64,000 nt of DNA, from NCBI GenBank assembly GCA_965153355.1, contig OZ231126.1, forward strand, positions 13,950,001-14,014,000. The letters run 5' to 3'. The notes under the pieces are model-generated. The model was not told where the DNA came from and did not search any database. It worked only from the letters and a program-made list of their open reading frames with translations. This stretch comes from Flaccisagitta enflata. Taxonomy: Eukaryota. The translations under genes and the position numbers were made by a program. This document shows positions 1 to 13,819 of the stretch, in pieces (positions within the stretch are counted from its first letter, which is position 1; each line of letters opens with the position of its first letter).

Positions 1-50
<50 letters not shown>
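1..50. repeat. (TG)n microsatellite
   Basis: Pure TG run. Confidence 0.95.
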
Positions 51-53
<3 letters not shown>

Positions 54-449
54 CGATGTATGGCAGCCTGGAGCCTAGGGACTTCAAAGCCAATTCCAAG
101 CACGACAGCAAATCTAAGCACGACAGCTTTTTCACTGATTTGTTTTGATTTCTATGCTTTCTAAGCCAATACTAGCCAAAAAGTAAAAAATAAACAAGTG
201 ATTCTCATCTAGATGGTTATTTCTTTGTCAAATAGATCTGTTTTCAATTGATTCATACAATCTAATATATTGTGCAAAAAAAAGTATCTAGAAAAACTGT
301 ATAGTAGGTGGGGGCAAAGCATACTAATCATCATCACATATCAATCAAGCCCTTGCCTCATTGTGCTTTGCAAACTCGTTTATTATTTCCCCCCATAGGA
401 TTTGATTCAATAAAGTTTTTCTGATGTGTTTATTTGTCTGTCTGTCAGC

Positions 450-452
<3 letters not shown>

Positions 453-520
<68 letters not shown>
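453..520. repeat. (TC)n microsatellite
   Basis: Pure TC run. Confidence 0.95.
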
Positions 521-524
<4 letters not shown>

Positions 525-1182
525 TTTTATTCCCTTCAAAATTTGTTCTCAACACATTTTCAAGCCCGACAGACTTTCAAGCCCGACAACAGGGACGTCA
601 CGTGATGTCCCTGAAGTCCCTTGCCATACATCGCTGTCAGTGTGTGTGTCAGTGTGTTTGTTTGTGTGTATGTATGTGTTCGTTAGATAATCATGCTCGA
701 CAGACAGACAGACCGACTCACTCTTGTACCTAGTTGTGTGTGTGTGTGTGTTACTAACCAAGACGCTGTGTCTATGAGACCCTTTATTCAGTGTCCCCAG
801 AAGATCTTTGGAGCTACTATCCAACTTGAGGTTGAGCGCTGTTACTATCTAGGTAGTAGCTGAATTTTTCCCCTCATTATCTATATTACTATCCAGACAT
901 AACATTTGTACTACAGCGTATACAAATATATCTGGAGACAAGGAAGAGACAAATTGACAGTCACAATGTTGGCAAATTTGATCAAAAAAACACAAAAACC
1001 AAGGCAATATTTCATCTTTGGAGGTGCAAAATTAAAAATTTTTCATTCCTTCATTCACTCATTCAATTGGTGATTAAGATAGGCTTTCCAAGAAGCGCTT
1101 CCACGTCATTCAACACCTCAACAATATCTGCATTTTCATTGGCAGCGTCTACTTCTTGTGAATCAGCGTTGGCATTGTCCCT

Positions 1183-1412
1183 TTAACCATGTGGTTCAGT
1201 AACTTTGTAACTGTACATACTGCTGTTGAATTTTGAGAGCATTGAGGAAAGGATAATCATGTTTGCGCAAGTTTCGTTGCGTCTCTTTAAACCATATGGA
1301 GTTGCAAGAATTCCCTCGACCATGGCTAAACGATTTCTGGGTTTGGTCTTGATTACCCCCACGCCACTAAATGATCGCTCAATGGTGGCATTAGATGTAG
1401 GAAGGCAATTTT
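1183..1412 (-). pseudogene. hAT transposase C-terminal dimerisation-domain remnant
   Basis: CLPTSNATIERSFSGVGVIKTKPRNRL matches the hATC motif; truncated upstream by a HINE insertion. Confidence 0.8.
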
Positions 1413-1419
1413 GACACTG

Positions 1420-1789
1420 AAGAAGTGAAGTAAGAGCAGGGCAGCAGCCCCAAAGGGCCAATGTCCTGTAGGACACAGGGGGGAATTTCCAAACAACCTG
1501 AGAGGACATATTAGAGGCTTTTGGACAATTTTCCATGATATTCAATGGGAGATTTGCATTTTTTTTCAATTTCTCATCAATTTGCCATGTAATTCTATGG
1601 GAATTTTACATTTTTTTCAAATTTCATCAATTTTCCATGTTATTTAATGGAAAGTTGGCATTTTATCAGTTTCGCATGTTATTCAATAGGAATTTGAGGC
1701 TTGAGATGCTGGGGGGGGGGATGTTCGGACGCACACATGGAAATTCACCCCTGTGTCCTACGGGACATTGTCCCTTTGGGGCCGCTGCA
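1420..1789 (-). mobile_element. HINE-like element (GGGCAGCGGCCCC family), partial
   Basis: Inverted ends GCAGCAGCCCCAAAGGG..TGTCCTGTAGGACAC / GTGTCCTACGGGACA..CCCTTTGGGGCCGCTGC, related to 13820-14735. Confidence 0.55.
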
Positions 1790-2115
1790 CCTGGTAATTT
1801 CTAATAGAAAAATGTGAGATTAATACCCAAGCAATACCCGAGCATACCCATGAAATGCACTAGCAATACCCGAGCAATACCCAGGCAATACCCAAGCAAT
1901 ACCCGAGCGTACCCAAATACCCGGGCCGAGCATACCCGAGCATTCCCAAGCGATACCACAGCAATGCCAAAGTAATACCAGGCATACCCGGGCATACCCA
2001 AGCAATACCCTAGTAATACCCGAGCAATACCCATGCAATATCCAAGCAATACTCGAGCAATACCCGAGCATACCCAAATACCCCGGGTTTTGATCTCACC
2101 TAAGATTACGTGGTG
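1788..2115 (+). repeat. Dispersed repeat with ~11-bp GCAATACCCGA tandem core
   Basis: Same ends and core occur inverted at 60388-60726. Confidence 0.75.
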
Positions 2116-2719
2116 CGCTGCCCAAAAAGGGGAACTTCGGCAGTTCTCAATTTTGACACAGGATATGTGATACAAACCAAGAGTGAAGTGCCATATCAGA
2201 AAACGGGTAGGGGTGATTCAAACGAAGTCGGGACATCCTTTTATCGAAGTGACTGAAAAGTACGGAAAATACCAAATTATGCCAACATTGGTAGTTAGTA
2301 GCTAAAACTATCCAGAAAAAATTTCATTTAGTAGCTAGATTAGTAGCTGGTATCCAGATCATTTTTTTACTATCCAAAGTACCTCAATTACTATCCAGAT
2401 CTAGCTACTAAGTAGCTAACTTGGGGACACTGCCTTTATTACTGGATAATACGGTTTGCCTATCTATAAATGATGATGATGATGATGATGATAATCACAA
2501 CTCAAAATTAAATCATCGACTAGCTGGATAATTTTGACCGGTTCCTTCCACTGCTAGTATGCGGTTTTACGAGAACCAAGTTTTTAAGAAAGTTGGGCTT
2601 GAAATCTTTAACATGCTCACAACATGCTCACAACATTTAAAGGCTTCATTCTAGGTGAAAGATTTTAAAATTTTTTTATAAAAACGAGTACTCGCAGATT
2701 AAGATTTGAAACAATTGAA

Positions 2720-2863
2720 AACAAGGCCGGATACACGGCCATCAGATGCGGACGGGTGGGCAGGGGCGGAAATGCGCGTTTTCCCACTTTTCAACTGGAT
2801 CATTACGGTCCGACGGACGGACGGACAAAGCCTCTTACAGAGCTGCGTGTCCGCAACTAAAAA
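2720..2863 (-). mobile_element. HINE family A (DINE-1/Helentron-like)
   Basis: AACAAGGCCGGATACACGGC...GGGTGGGCAGGGGC...(GACG)n...CAACTAAAAA. Confidence 0.75.
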
Positions 2864-3071
2864 TAGAACTTTTCAACGCTGAAATCTGTGTTCTACAGGA
2901 AATTAGCCCTTTGGGGCCGCTGCCCTGCTCTCACTCCACAAAAAATATCCTTAATTTTGGGGCCATTCAAAGCCTTGCTGTTCTTACAAACTAGGTTTAC
3001 ATCACTACAGCAAATTGTAATCCTTGCCATAGGCAATAGAATATGGTGGTATTCTTTTTAAATAATTTGGT

Positions 3072-3087
3072 GGCCCTTAAAAGGGCC
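3072..3087 (-). terminator. Histone 3' stem-loop
   Basis: Minus strand AAC-GGCCCTTTTAAGGGCC-ACCA, 30 nt after the stop codon, followed by purine-rich AAAAAGAAT (possible downstream element). Confidence 0.95.
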
Positions 3088-3117
3088 GTTGGGGTATTTG
3101 GTGTTGAAGGATGGAAT

Positions 3118-3750
3118 TTACTTCTTCTTGGGGGTCTTCTTGGCCGCGGGCTTCTTAGCCGCGGGTTTCTTGGCCGCGGGCTTCTTAGCGGGCGACTTCT
3201 TGACAGTCTTGGGCTTGGCGACCTTCTTGGCGGGGCTCTTCTTCACCGCCTTGGGCTTCTTGGCAGACGCCGCCTTCTTGGGCTTGGCGGCGGCCTTCTT
3301 CGGGGTCTTCTTGGCGGCCGCGGGCTTCTTGGCGACCTTCTTAGGAGACTTCTTGACAGCGGGCTTCTTGGGCTTAGCCGCGGCCTTCTTGGGCGTCTTC
3401 TTGACGGCCTTCTTGGGCTTCTCGACCTTGGCGGCCTTGAAGGAACCGGCGTGGCCTTTGGCGGTGACGAGTTTGCCACCGGCGACGCCCTTCTTCAAAG
3501 CGAGGTTCAAGCTGGTGTTGGTCTTCTTGTTGTCCTCGACCTTGAAGTTGGCCAAGATATACTTCTTGATGGCGACCTTGGAAGATCCCTTCTTGTCGGC
3601 GAGAGCGACGATGGCTTTGGCGATCATCTCACCGAAGGGAGGATGGGCCGCGGGCTTCTTGGGAGCCTTGGGCTTGGCGGGCTTCTTGGCCTTGGCGGCG
3701 GGGGCCGCGGGAGCGGCGGCGGCAGGGGCGGCGGCGGCTTCTTCAGACAT
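3118..3750 (-). CDS. H1: Histone H1 (210 aa, intronless CDS)
   Basis: [10 protein letters not shown]...[30 protein letters not shown]...GHAGSFK globular domain; K/A/P-rich tail with SPKK/TPKK motifs; 3' stem-loop. Confidence 0.97.
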   Translation of the reverse strand: MSEEAAAAPAAAAPAAPAAKAKKPAKPKAPKKPAAHPPFGEMIAKAIVALADKKGSSKVAIKKYILANFKVEDNKKTNTSLNLALKKGVAGGKLVTAKGHAGSFKAAKVEKPKKAVKKTPKKAAAKPKKPAVKKSPKKVAKKPAAAKKTPKKAAAKPKKAASAKKPKAVKKSPAKKVAKPKTVKKSPAKKPAAKKPAAKKPAAKKTPKKK

Positions 3751-3927
3751 GATGTCGGTCTTTGACTTGATACCTGGGCTGAGGATGAAGAGAGAAGAAT
3801 CGTATTCTTTGGCTGTGTGCGATTTGCGATGGAGTCGAGAGGAGAAATCGAGTTTTTGAAGAGAATCCTTTCGTGAATCGAACCTTATCGAGAACAGCTC
3901 GCACTGAGTGAGAAAGAAAGGATAAAA

Positions 3928-3934
3928 TGTGTTT
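3928..3934 (-). promoter_or_regulatory. Putative H1 box (AAACACA)
   Basis: Exact H1-promoter AC-box about 180 bp upstream of the ATG; short motif, could be chance. Confidence 0.4.
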
Positions 3935-5089
3935 CGACGTGTGCTTGTTTTACACAATTAAATCTATTTTTGTAGTATTTGTAAATGACATATTATTTTC
4001 ATTTTGATGTTGAAAGAAAGCCCAGACTTTTTTCTTTTAAAAGAGATGCGTCACTTTTATATTTCCCATCGCAAAGAATGTGAATTTGAGTGTTTTTTAA
4101 CGCATGTCGCTTTTCAACTGATGTGCTAGATCTCAGAATAACATAGAATGAATGGCATAAATAAATGTCGATTTAGCTAATGTTATGTAAACTGTAGCCG
4201 TCATATTTTACGTTAAGGGAGGCTTCAGCGTTTGAAGTGTCAGTGACCAATTTTCTGCTCTACAATTAAGCGGTTCAATCCTTAAATATTACTAAGAAAG
4301 TAACTATATAGAAATGAAAAGAGAGGCAAAGCGAGCGAGAATCTTGCCTCGGAGCAACGAAAGACTGAGTTGAATTGCAAAGCAGACTTCCTCGTATGCA
4401 ATAAGGCTTGTTATAATTGTGCTTTGCCATAGTGAAGTCAGTTCCATGTGATTCGATACACAATGAGCTCGTTCGCAATGGTGAAAATTGCACTAGTTGT
4501 TCCGTAAGGCCTAACTTTGTATGCAATAGAGATAATTGCATTTTTTCCTATGTGAGCGGTCGGTTTCCTTTATTTCGATACTGCGGCTTAAGCTAGGGAT
4601 ACTCTCAGCGATATCAGCTTGATTCTCTTGCTTTAACAGCTAATGCTCAATACAGTCAATACTGTTTTGCCAACGGAAAAAAGCGCTATACGATCGGCAA
4701 GCTAGTGAGCAATAAAACAGTCAATACAGCAAATTCCGAATTGTCATTGTGAATATTTACTTAGCCACTAATGACTAAGCCAACTCATGGAGGACCAAGA
4801 CCAATCGTCTACATGCAACGCATTACGCGCAATTGTGACCATTTTGAATGAATGATTCTATGAATAAAACGAGGTAATTACCTCGTTTTATTCAGATAAG
4901 GTTACGTTCCCGTGTTAAGTTTTCTCCTATTCTTTGTAATTCTTTCAAACTCGTTGTAGTCTGATTGCATGGACTTGAATTTATCTGTGTGTTTGTCGTT
5001 TGTCTGTCTTGCGTCTCTAGGTTGTATTTTCTGTCAGTCTGTCCGTCCGTTACCTCTTTCTTTTTAGCTTTCCCTTTGTCTTTCTTGCT

Positions 5090-6036
<947 letters not shown>

Positions 6037-6266
6037 ATGGAAATCATCCATCTTTTCATTTTTCCGTCATTCCCACTGATTTATTTCAGCTGCAATCCAT
6101 CTATCCATTCACCTAACCGTCCATGATTATATCCATCCATTCTCCGATCCATTCTTCATTTCATTCAACTTTAGTTCATCCATCCAAGGAATTCCTCGAT
6201 CTTTCCAACAGATCGTTTGATATCATCGCGATGAACAAATCTGAATTCAAAATCCTTTTCCCTCCT

Positions 6267-6589
6267 TCAAATGAAACGTTTGGAGAAATTGAACTTGGAA
6301 TTCTTGAATAACTCAGCTGACAAGGACAAAGGAATTTCGTTCCGCTCACAACGAAATTTGGCGGGACCCCGCGCTGCATCAGAGACGGACGACTTATTCA
6401 TGGTCACAGCGACGTCGTCGTCGTCGTCATCTTCATCGTCATCGTCGCTATCCAAAATTTCATCGTCGTCGTCATCGTCGTCGTCAATCTCTCTGACCCA
6501 ATTGACAACAAAGGCAAATGAGGAAGCAGAGGAGGGAAACCAGACCGACTTCAATGCCGAGAATGTCGATGGCACAAACAAAAAATGAC
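6267..6589 (-). CDS. Candidate terminal exon of an unknown gene (acidic D-rich segment)
   Basis: Acceptor ctaacaatag| then open frame HFLFVPSTFSALKSVWFPSSASSFAFVVNWVREIDDD...; phase-compatible with exon 18804-18951. Confidence 0.3.
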
Positions 6590-6599
6590 CTATTGTTAG

Positions 6600-6823
6600 A
6601 TCAGGAATTGGATAAGTGGCGTGACCGTGCGACAGAGACGAAAGAGTGGCGTAAGCTGAGATTGACGTTGCGGTATCTGTAATTAACTTAATGGCCTAAC
6701 TATGGGGCTGAGATGTAAGAGTGGCGTAAGCTACGATTGGCGCTCCAGTATTAAATACTAGATAAATGGCGTGACCGTGCAACTGAAACAGATAAGTAAC
6801 ATAGCTGCGATTGGCGTACCAGT
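6600..6823 (+). repeat. Degenerate ~70-bp tandem repeat, continued at 12148-12206 and 18506-18655
   Basis: Unit ..GAGTGGCGTAAGCTGCGATTGGCGCACCGGTACTAGGAACTAGATAAATGGCGTGACC..; restored across the TE insertion junctions. Confidence 0.7.
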
Positions 6824-9800
6824 CAGCTGGGTAAATGCAGAGTTAGTGATATTAACACATGGTGTTGTGAAATCAGCGACTTTGCCAATTCCACCAATGG
6901 CATTTAACATAGAAAACATAGGAAAAAATTGATTTTGCTCATTTTTCTCAAAATACGTCATCTTCAAATTTCTTCATTTTTTCCTCAAATGATGCCCCAA
7001 GGGGGAGGACCTTTTGGGGAAAAAAAGTTGGGATACTCCTCTTCTCAAAACATGGAAAAACAGGGATGAAACTTTTTTGTGTTAAAGTTGCTAATTTCAC
7101 AACCATTTGAAACCCTTTCTTTATAAGTTGGTAATGTTGCTGATTTCAACAACGCTGAAATGTGCTGAAGTTGCTAATTTTAACAACATCTCCAACTTTT
7201 GACTCTCAAATTTAGCAAAATGACACGTTTATGGATGCTGTTGATTTTTAGTTGCTGACATGCAACTTTATAAGAATATTTGTCTGTCGGTCCATCCGTC
7301 GGTCCGTCCAACTGTCCGTCTGTTGGTCTGTCGGTCCATAACACACAAGTTGAAAAGTGGAAAAACGATGGTTTTAGATGTTTTTTTTTGGCAGGTGTGT
7401 TGGTGGGGGGCTTGGGGTGTGGATGGGGGTTGGATGCCCCTGCCCACCCGTCCACAATGATGTTGTGACCCCGCATCACTTGTTTTCAAGTGTTTAACTT
7501 CATTATAGGTTTCACAAACACCAAAAGTGCTATATCCATTAAAGTCAAGGGTTTCCATTACAATTTGGGTAGTGATCCGGAAAGGGGAACCATTTTAGGC
7601 CGAATTTTGGACTAGAGTTAACACTTAAACCACTATAGTCAGATTTGGACTTGAGTGGAATAAGATTTTACATCCCTCATTTTCAATTCTAACCAGAGTG
7701 GTTTTTGTTTTTACTTACTCATGGGAATTCTAAAAGTTGGGTTTATTCTATCAGTGAAAAAAAAACAATTTATCATTTTTTTCTTTAATTCTAAATTCTA
7801 AACTGATTTTCATTGTTGAGCTGCACCTTGTTTAAAACCATTTTTTACCCATTTTGAAAAAAGAAACATTGAAATTATGTACAAAAATAAAACAATTTAT
7901 TATAAAGAATAATCTAAGAATTGAAAAAGAATCTACATCTGACATTTCTTGTTTTAATATTTTAAGAATTTCAGAATAGCATTATTTCTGATGAATTCTT
8001 TTCTTAAGATTATCAAAAATTTACAATCATAGATTGTATACAGAGATGACAAAACAAAAATCGGGTGTGATGCAAATTAGATCTAAATTAGGCCCAAGAA
8101 AACTTTGTTTTTGAAGTAAATCTAAAAATCACTCTAGTTAGAAGGGGCAATTAGGTTAGAAAACCACTCAAGTCTGATTCTGCCTTGAGTGGTCTGGGAC
8201 CTTACTGCCCTCATTTTCAAATGAGGATTCGGCCTTTAGTGCCCTCCTCATACAGAAACAGCTAAAATAGTACAATATGGCTGTATGTGTATGTGGATTG
8301 GCTCGTGTTTACATGGGTGACACTAATCACAGCCATAAATGACACTTTGGACTCATTTCATGAAGCCTGGATTATTGTAAGTGAGTGGTATCTGCCACTC
8401 AGTTTCTGGCTCTTTTTTTTCTCATCAAGAAATTTGTGCTATACCTCAACTTGCAATGAGTCAATATCCGCACATACCAGCCAAAACCCTTCCAGATGAT
8501 TGATAAACAGACGGAGCACTATTTTAAGGAGAGGAGACAGCAGATGATTAACAAACAAACCAACCGAGAAACAGGTGGTTAGACTGACATATTGGGCCAT
8601 AAATTGCATGCACACAATGAAATAAGAGAATTTGAAAAAAGAAATTCAACACCTTATCCCTACTTTCCCTGATATCAATAACTCAGTTCTTACACAGCTG
8701 TTCATTCATTCATTCATTCATTCATCTATTGATTCATTCATTGAAATACTCATTCATTCTTTTCTGACGCAGTGTACAGGAAGAAGTAATTTCAAGCGCC
8801 ATTACGATTATTTAGATATTTTTTATATTATCTTTTTATGAATCTATTTTTTTGAAAAAAAAACATTTGTAAAGTGTTAAAAAATACAGTTTTGCATAGA
8901 TAATCTCTAGAATACAGATAATCTGGGTTCAAAAACATTATCAAAACAACCTAAACATTATATAAAAAAATTATTATATTTTTTGATTGTAAATATATAT
9001 CGAAAGCATAAAGTGAAATGAAACCAAAATTTCCTGTACCTGTACACCATGACTTTATAGCCATTTGGGGTCCCTTGCACACAACTGGAAATGGTAAAAA
9101 ACATTTTTTGGATATCAATATCTATTTTTTTTCTATTTCCATATGTGATTCAAATTTAGATTAAAATCTAAAGAACATGCATAATTGAAGCAATATTTAA
9201 TTCTTATGTGCATGGACTGGCAGACCAATGGACATAGCAATATGATGGCCCAAACCATGGTCAGGAATTCGGGCACATTTTTAGAAATGGTTGTTTTTCC
9301 TTTCTCCATCTCTGTCAGGTCCCTGTATCTACTCGTCTCTATGGCCAAATTGTAAAATTGTGAATCTTTATGCATATTCTGAAAGATTAAAGAAACCAAG
9401 CAGAGTTAAAATCTGTTTTTTTTTTGTTCTTGCTTGTTTTTTTTTTATCTTTCTTTGGCCATAGAAGACGAGTAGATACAGAGACCTGTGAAAGATGGAG
9501 AAAGGAAAAACAACCATTTCTAAAAAATGTGCCCAAATTCCTAACCATGGTTTGGGCCATCATATTGCCATGTCCATTGGTCTATCAGTCCATGCACATA
9601 AGAGTTAAATATTGCTTTAATAATGCATGTTTTTTAGATTTTAATCTTAATTTGAATCACATATGGAAATAAAACAAGGCCGGATACACGGCTACCGAAG
9701 TCGCGTGCGGGTGGGCAGGGGCCATTTTTCAGGTCACCAGACCATTTGGGCAAGAGCAGTGAGGTCAAACAAATGAAATCATAAAAAAAAGTAAAGTGTG

Positions 9801-12147
9801 ACGGACCGACCGACCGACCAACCGACTGACCGACGGACAAAGCGGATTGTAGAGTCGCGTGCACGCGACTAAAAAGATAGATATTGATATCCAGAAAATG
9901 TTTTTTACCATTTCCAGTTGTGTGCAAGGGACCCCAAATGGCTATAAAGTCATGGTGTACAGGTACAGGAAATTTTGGTTTTATTTCACTTTATGCTTTT
10001 GATATATATTTACAATCAAATAATATAATTTTTTTTTATATAATGTATAGGGTGTCTTGATAATGTTTTCAAACCCAGATTATCTATGGAAAACTGTATT
10101 GTTTAAAACTTAACAAATGTTTTTTTTTTTTTAAATAGATTCATAAAAAGATAATATTAAAAATATCTAAATAATTGTAATGGCGCTTGAACTTCTTCCT
10201 GTACACTGTGTCATAAAAGAATGAATGAAATGAGTATTTCAATGAATGAATCAATAGATGAATGAATGAATGAATGAACAGCTGTGTAAGAACTGAGGTA
10301 TTGATAGCAGGGAAAGTAGGGATAAGGTGTTGAATTTCTTTTTTCAAATTCTCTTATTTCATTGTGTGCATGCAATTTATGGCCCAATATGTCAGTTTAA
10401 CCACCTGTTTCTCGGTTGGTTGGTTTGTTAATCATCTGCTGTCTCCTCTCCTTAAAATAGTGCTCCGTCTGTTTATCAATCATCTGGAAGGGTTTTGGCT
10501 GGTATGTGCGGATATTGACTCATTGCAAGTTGAGGTATAGCACAAATTTCTTGATGAGAAAAAAAAGAGCCAGAAACTGAGTGGCAGATACCACCTACTT
10601 ACAATAATCCAGGCTTCATGAAATGAGTTCAAAGTGTCATTTATGGCTGTGATTAGTGTCACCCATGTAAACACGAGCCAATCCACATACAGGAGGCCAT
10701 ATTGTACTATTTTAGCTGTTTCTGTATGAGGAGGGCACTCAAGGCCGAATCCTCATTTGAAAATGAGGGCAGTAAGGTCCCAGACCACTCAAGGCAGAAT
10801 CAGACTTGAGTGGTTTTCTAACCTAATTGCCCCTTCTAACTAGAGTGATTTTTAGATTTACTTCAAAAACAAAGTTTTCTTGGGCCTAATTTAGATCTAA
10901 TTTGCATCACACCCGATTTTTGTTTTGTCATCTCTGTATACAATCTATGATTGTAAATTTTTGATAATCTTAAGAAAAGAATTCATCAGAAATAATGCTA
11001 TTCTGAAATTCTTAAAATATTAAAACAAGAAATGTCAGATGTAGATTCTTTTTCAATTCTTAGATTATTCTTTATAATAAATTGTTTTATTTTTGTACAT
11101 AATTTCAATGTTTCTTTTTTCAAAATGGTTAAAAAATGGTTTTAAACAAGGTGCAGCTCAACAATGAAAATCAGTTTAGAATTAAAGAAAAAAATGATAA
11201 ATTGTTTTTTTTTTCACTGATAGAATAAACCCAACTTTTAGAATTCCCATGAGTAAGTAAAAACAAAAACCACTCTGGTTAGAATTGAAAATGAGGGATG
11301 TAAAATCTTATTCCACTCAAGTCCGAATCTGTCTATAGTGGTTGAAGTGTTAACTCTAGTCCAAAATTCGGCCTAAAATGGTTCCCCTTTCCGGATCACT
11401 ACCCAAATTGTAATGGAAACCCTTGACTTTAATGGATATAGCACTTTTGGTGTTTGTGAAACCTATAATGAAGTTAAACACTTGAAAACAAGTGATGCGG
11501 GGTCACAACATCATTGTGGACGGGTGGGCAGGGGCATCCAACCCCCATCCACACCCCAAGCCCCCCACCAACACACCTGCCCAAAAAAAACATCTAAAAC
11601 CATCGTTTTTCCACTTTTCAACTTGTGTGTTATGGACCGACAGACCAACAGACGGACAGTTGGACAGACCGACGGATGGACCGACAGACAAATATTCTTA
11701 TAAAGTTGCATGTCAGCAACTAAAAATCAACAGCATCCATAAACGTGTCATTTTGCTAAATTTGAGAGTCAAAAGTGGGAAATGTTGTTAAAATTAGCAA
11801 CTTCAGCACATTTCAGCGTTGTTGAAATCAGCAACATTACCAACTTATAAAGAAAGGGTTTCAAATGGTTGTGAAATTAGCAACTTTAACACAAAAAAGT
11901 TTCATCCCTGTTTTTCCATGTTTTGAGAAGAGGAGTATCCCAACTTTTTTTCCCCAAAAGGTCCTCCCCCTTGGGGCATCATTTGAGGAAAAAATGAAGA
12001 AATTTGAAGATGACGTATTTTGAGAAAAATGAGCAAAATCAATTTTTTCCTATGTTTTCTATGTTAAATGCCATTGGTGGAATTGGCAAAGTCGCTGATT
12101 TCACAACACCATGTGTTAATATCACTAACTCTGCATTTACCCAGCTG
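6824..12147. mobile_element. 5.3-kb foldback (palindromic) non-autonomous DNA element
   Basis: Arms ~6824-9349 and ~9454-12147 are reverse complements; termini CAGCTGGGTAAATGCAGAG; 5-bp TSD CCAGT at 6819-6823 and 12148-12152. Confidence 0.9.
9673..9874 (-). mobile_element. HINE family A, inserted in the right arm of the foldback only
   Basis: Full ends AACAAGGCCGGATACACGGC...GTCGCGTGCACGCGACTAAAA; absent from the left arm near 9125-9133. Confidence 0.85.
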
Positions 12148-13197
12148 CCAGTATCAGGAATTGAGTTGATGACATGACCGCCCGACTGAAATTGAGCAGT
12201 GGCATACAGTAGATCTCGTCTAGACTTGAGATAATGGGGGCAAGCACTGTGGAAAGACGAATGAAGCCAGGGCACTACTCTGTATTTGCACCTTGTACTT
12301 TAAACTAGGAGTACTGCCACTTTTATGACGGTTTCTGGTGGTCCAACCCATGTGTAATCCATGGCAAATGAGTGCAAAAAATTTCCCAGAGCGCTTTTTG
12401 AAATATTCACATTTTTTACTTTCATGAAGTACAGGTCATTGAATTTTCCCATTTTTGGACAATCAACCTTGTTTTGCTCATAACTTTTAAACGAATCAAG
12501 CTAGAAATGCCAGATTGGTCCCATTTTGAAGATCTCTTCAAGATCTTTCCAACCGTCACCAATTTTTTGTAAATCCGTTCAAAAACGACTGAGATATAAC
12601 TTGTCAAACATAAGCAATTTCATAGGGATTGTGGACAATTTTCCAGGTTGTGGAATTTTTCTCATTTTTGGAACAATTTACTTGTTTTGCTTGTAACTTT
12701 TGAACAAATTAAGCTAGAATTGCCAGATTGGTCCCATTTTAAAGAATTTTTGAAGCTCTTTCAAACTGTCAAAAAGTTTTTGTGAATCCGTTAAGAAATG
12801 GCTGAGTTTTGACTTGTCAAACATGAGCAATATTATGATGATTTGGAGCGATTTTCCCACCATCTTTTTCTGGCTTATTTTGATTTTATATACCTCCTTC
12901 GCTCCTTACATCTGTTTAAAAGTCATAAAGTGTATGTCAGTTCATCAATTGTAGTCTGTCAGTCAATCTGTTGGCCTTTGGAAAGGGCTGCTTTGATAAT
13001 AGAGAGGGTTGATTAGAGGCTTGACAGTGCTGATTTGAAGCTTGGGAGGGCAGAATTGTCAATTGAGGTATAATAGTCGCAAAAGCGTTAGATGATCAGC
13101 GGTACCCGTGCCCTGCCCAAGTAAGTTGTGATTAAGGCTGAGGGAGGGAGCAGGGCAGCGGCCCCGAAGGGGTCGATGACCTATACTTTCACACATA

Positions 13198-13795
13198 CTA
13201 TCTAGAACATATGTATATCGACAGGCATTTTAAGCAATAACTCTGTTAAGAATAAAAAATTTATATAAAAATCAGTGAGATTCTGAAACTATTTCGAATT
13301 TCTGACCAAATGCCGCAAACCGCATCCTTTTAGCTCAAGGCGTTTAGTATTGACAGGCAAAACAAGTTTGATACTTCAATTAGAAAATGGCCAAAAAAAT
13401 GCATCTAGTTTCTTTACAAGTTACTAAGTCTCCTTTCAGATAGATTGGAGGTTTTTTCCACCCTATTTTTGGTCCTAATTACAGCGCCTAACACCTTTGC
13501 TACATTATCTTCGTTGATTTCAACCTCTCTGAATCATCGGGATTGCAACTGAAGCAAAAGGGAGAACATGGCATACACTAAGGAATTTAAAAAAAAAAAT
13601 TTATATGAGGGATGGTTATCATGCATTTATACAAAGCATTTGAGTTAAGGTGCTTAGAAAATCCACGTACAAATATGTGTTGAAGCCCAAAGACGTATTA
13701 TTAAGTATCTGACATGTTTTGGCGGTTTTTCTATGATTCCTATACTGTTAAATTTACCAATCCCCATACTGTCGATATACTTATGTTCTAGATAG
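13198..13795. mobile_element. TA-flanked MITE with CTATCTAGAACAT TIRs
   Basis: ~27-bp TIRs; inserted at a TA within the family-B inverted repeat. Confidence 0.8.
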
Positions 13796-13819
13796 TATGA
13801 GGAATTATCTCCTCCTTTT

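Larger units (their letters stand above)
789..2432 (-). mobile_element. Non-autonomous hAT derivative with nested insertions
   Basis: TIRs CAGTGTCCCCA / TGGGGACACTG; 8-bp TSD CCTTTATT at 781-788 and 2433-2440; repeated TACTATCC/GTAGCT subterminal motifs. Confidence 0.85.

Noticed and set aside
3043-3859. Plus-strand 240-aa and 256-aa ORFs
   Set aside because: Antisense shadows of the biased H1 codons
3751-3957. N-terminal extension of the H1 ORF
   Set aside because: Non-ATG start; MSEEAAAAP at 3750 is the typical H1 start
6271-6588. Plus-strand Ser-rich 105-aa ORF
   Set aside because: No recognisable domain; overlaps a (TCG/TCA)n tract and the minus-strand exon candidate
7180-11791. Mirror-image ORF pairs
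   Set aside because: By-products of the palindrome; no protein motifs
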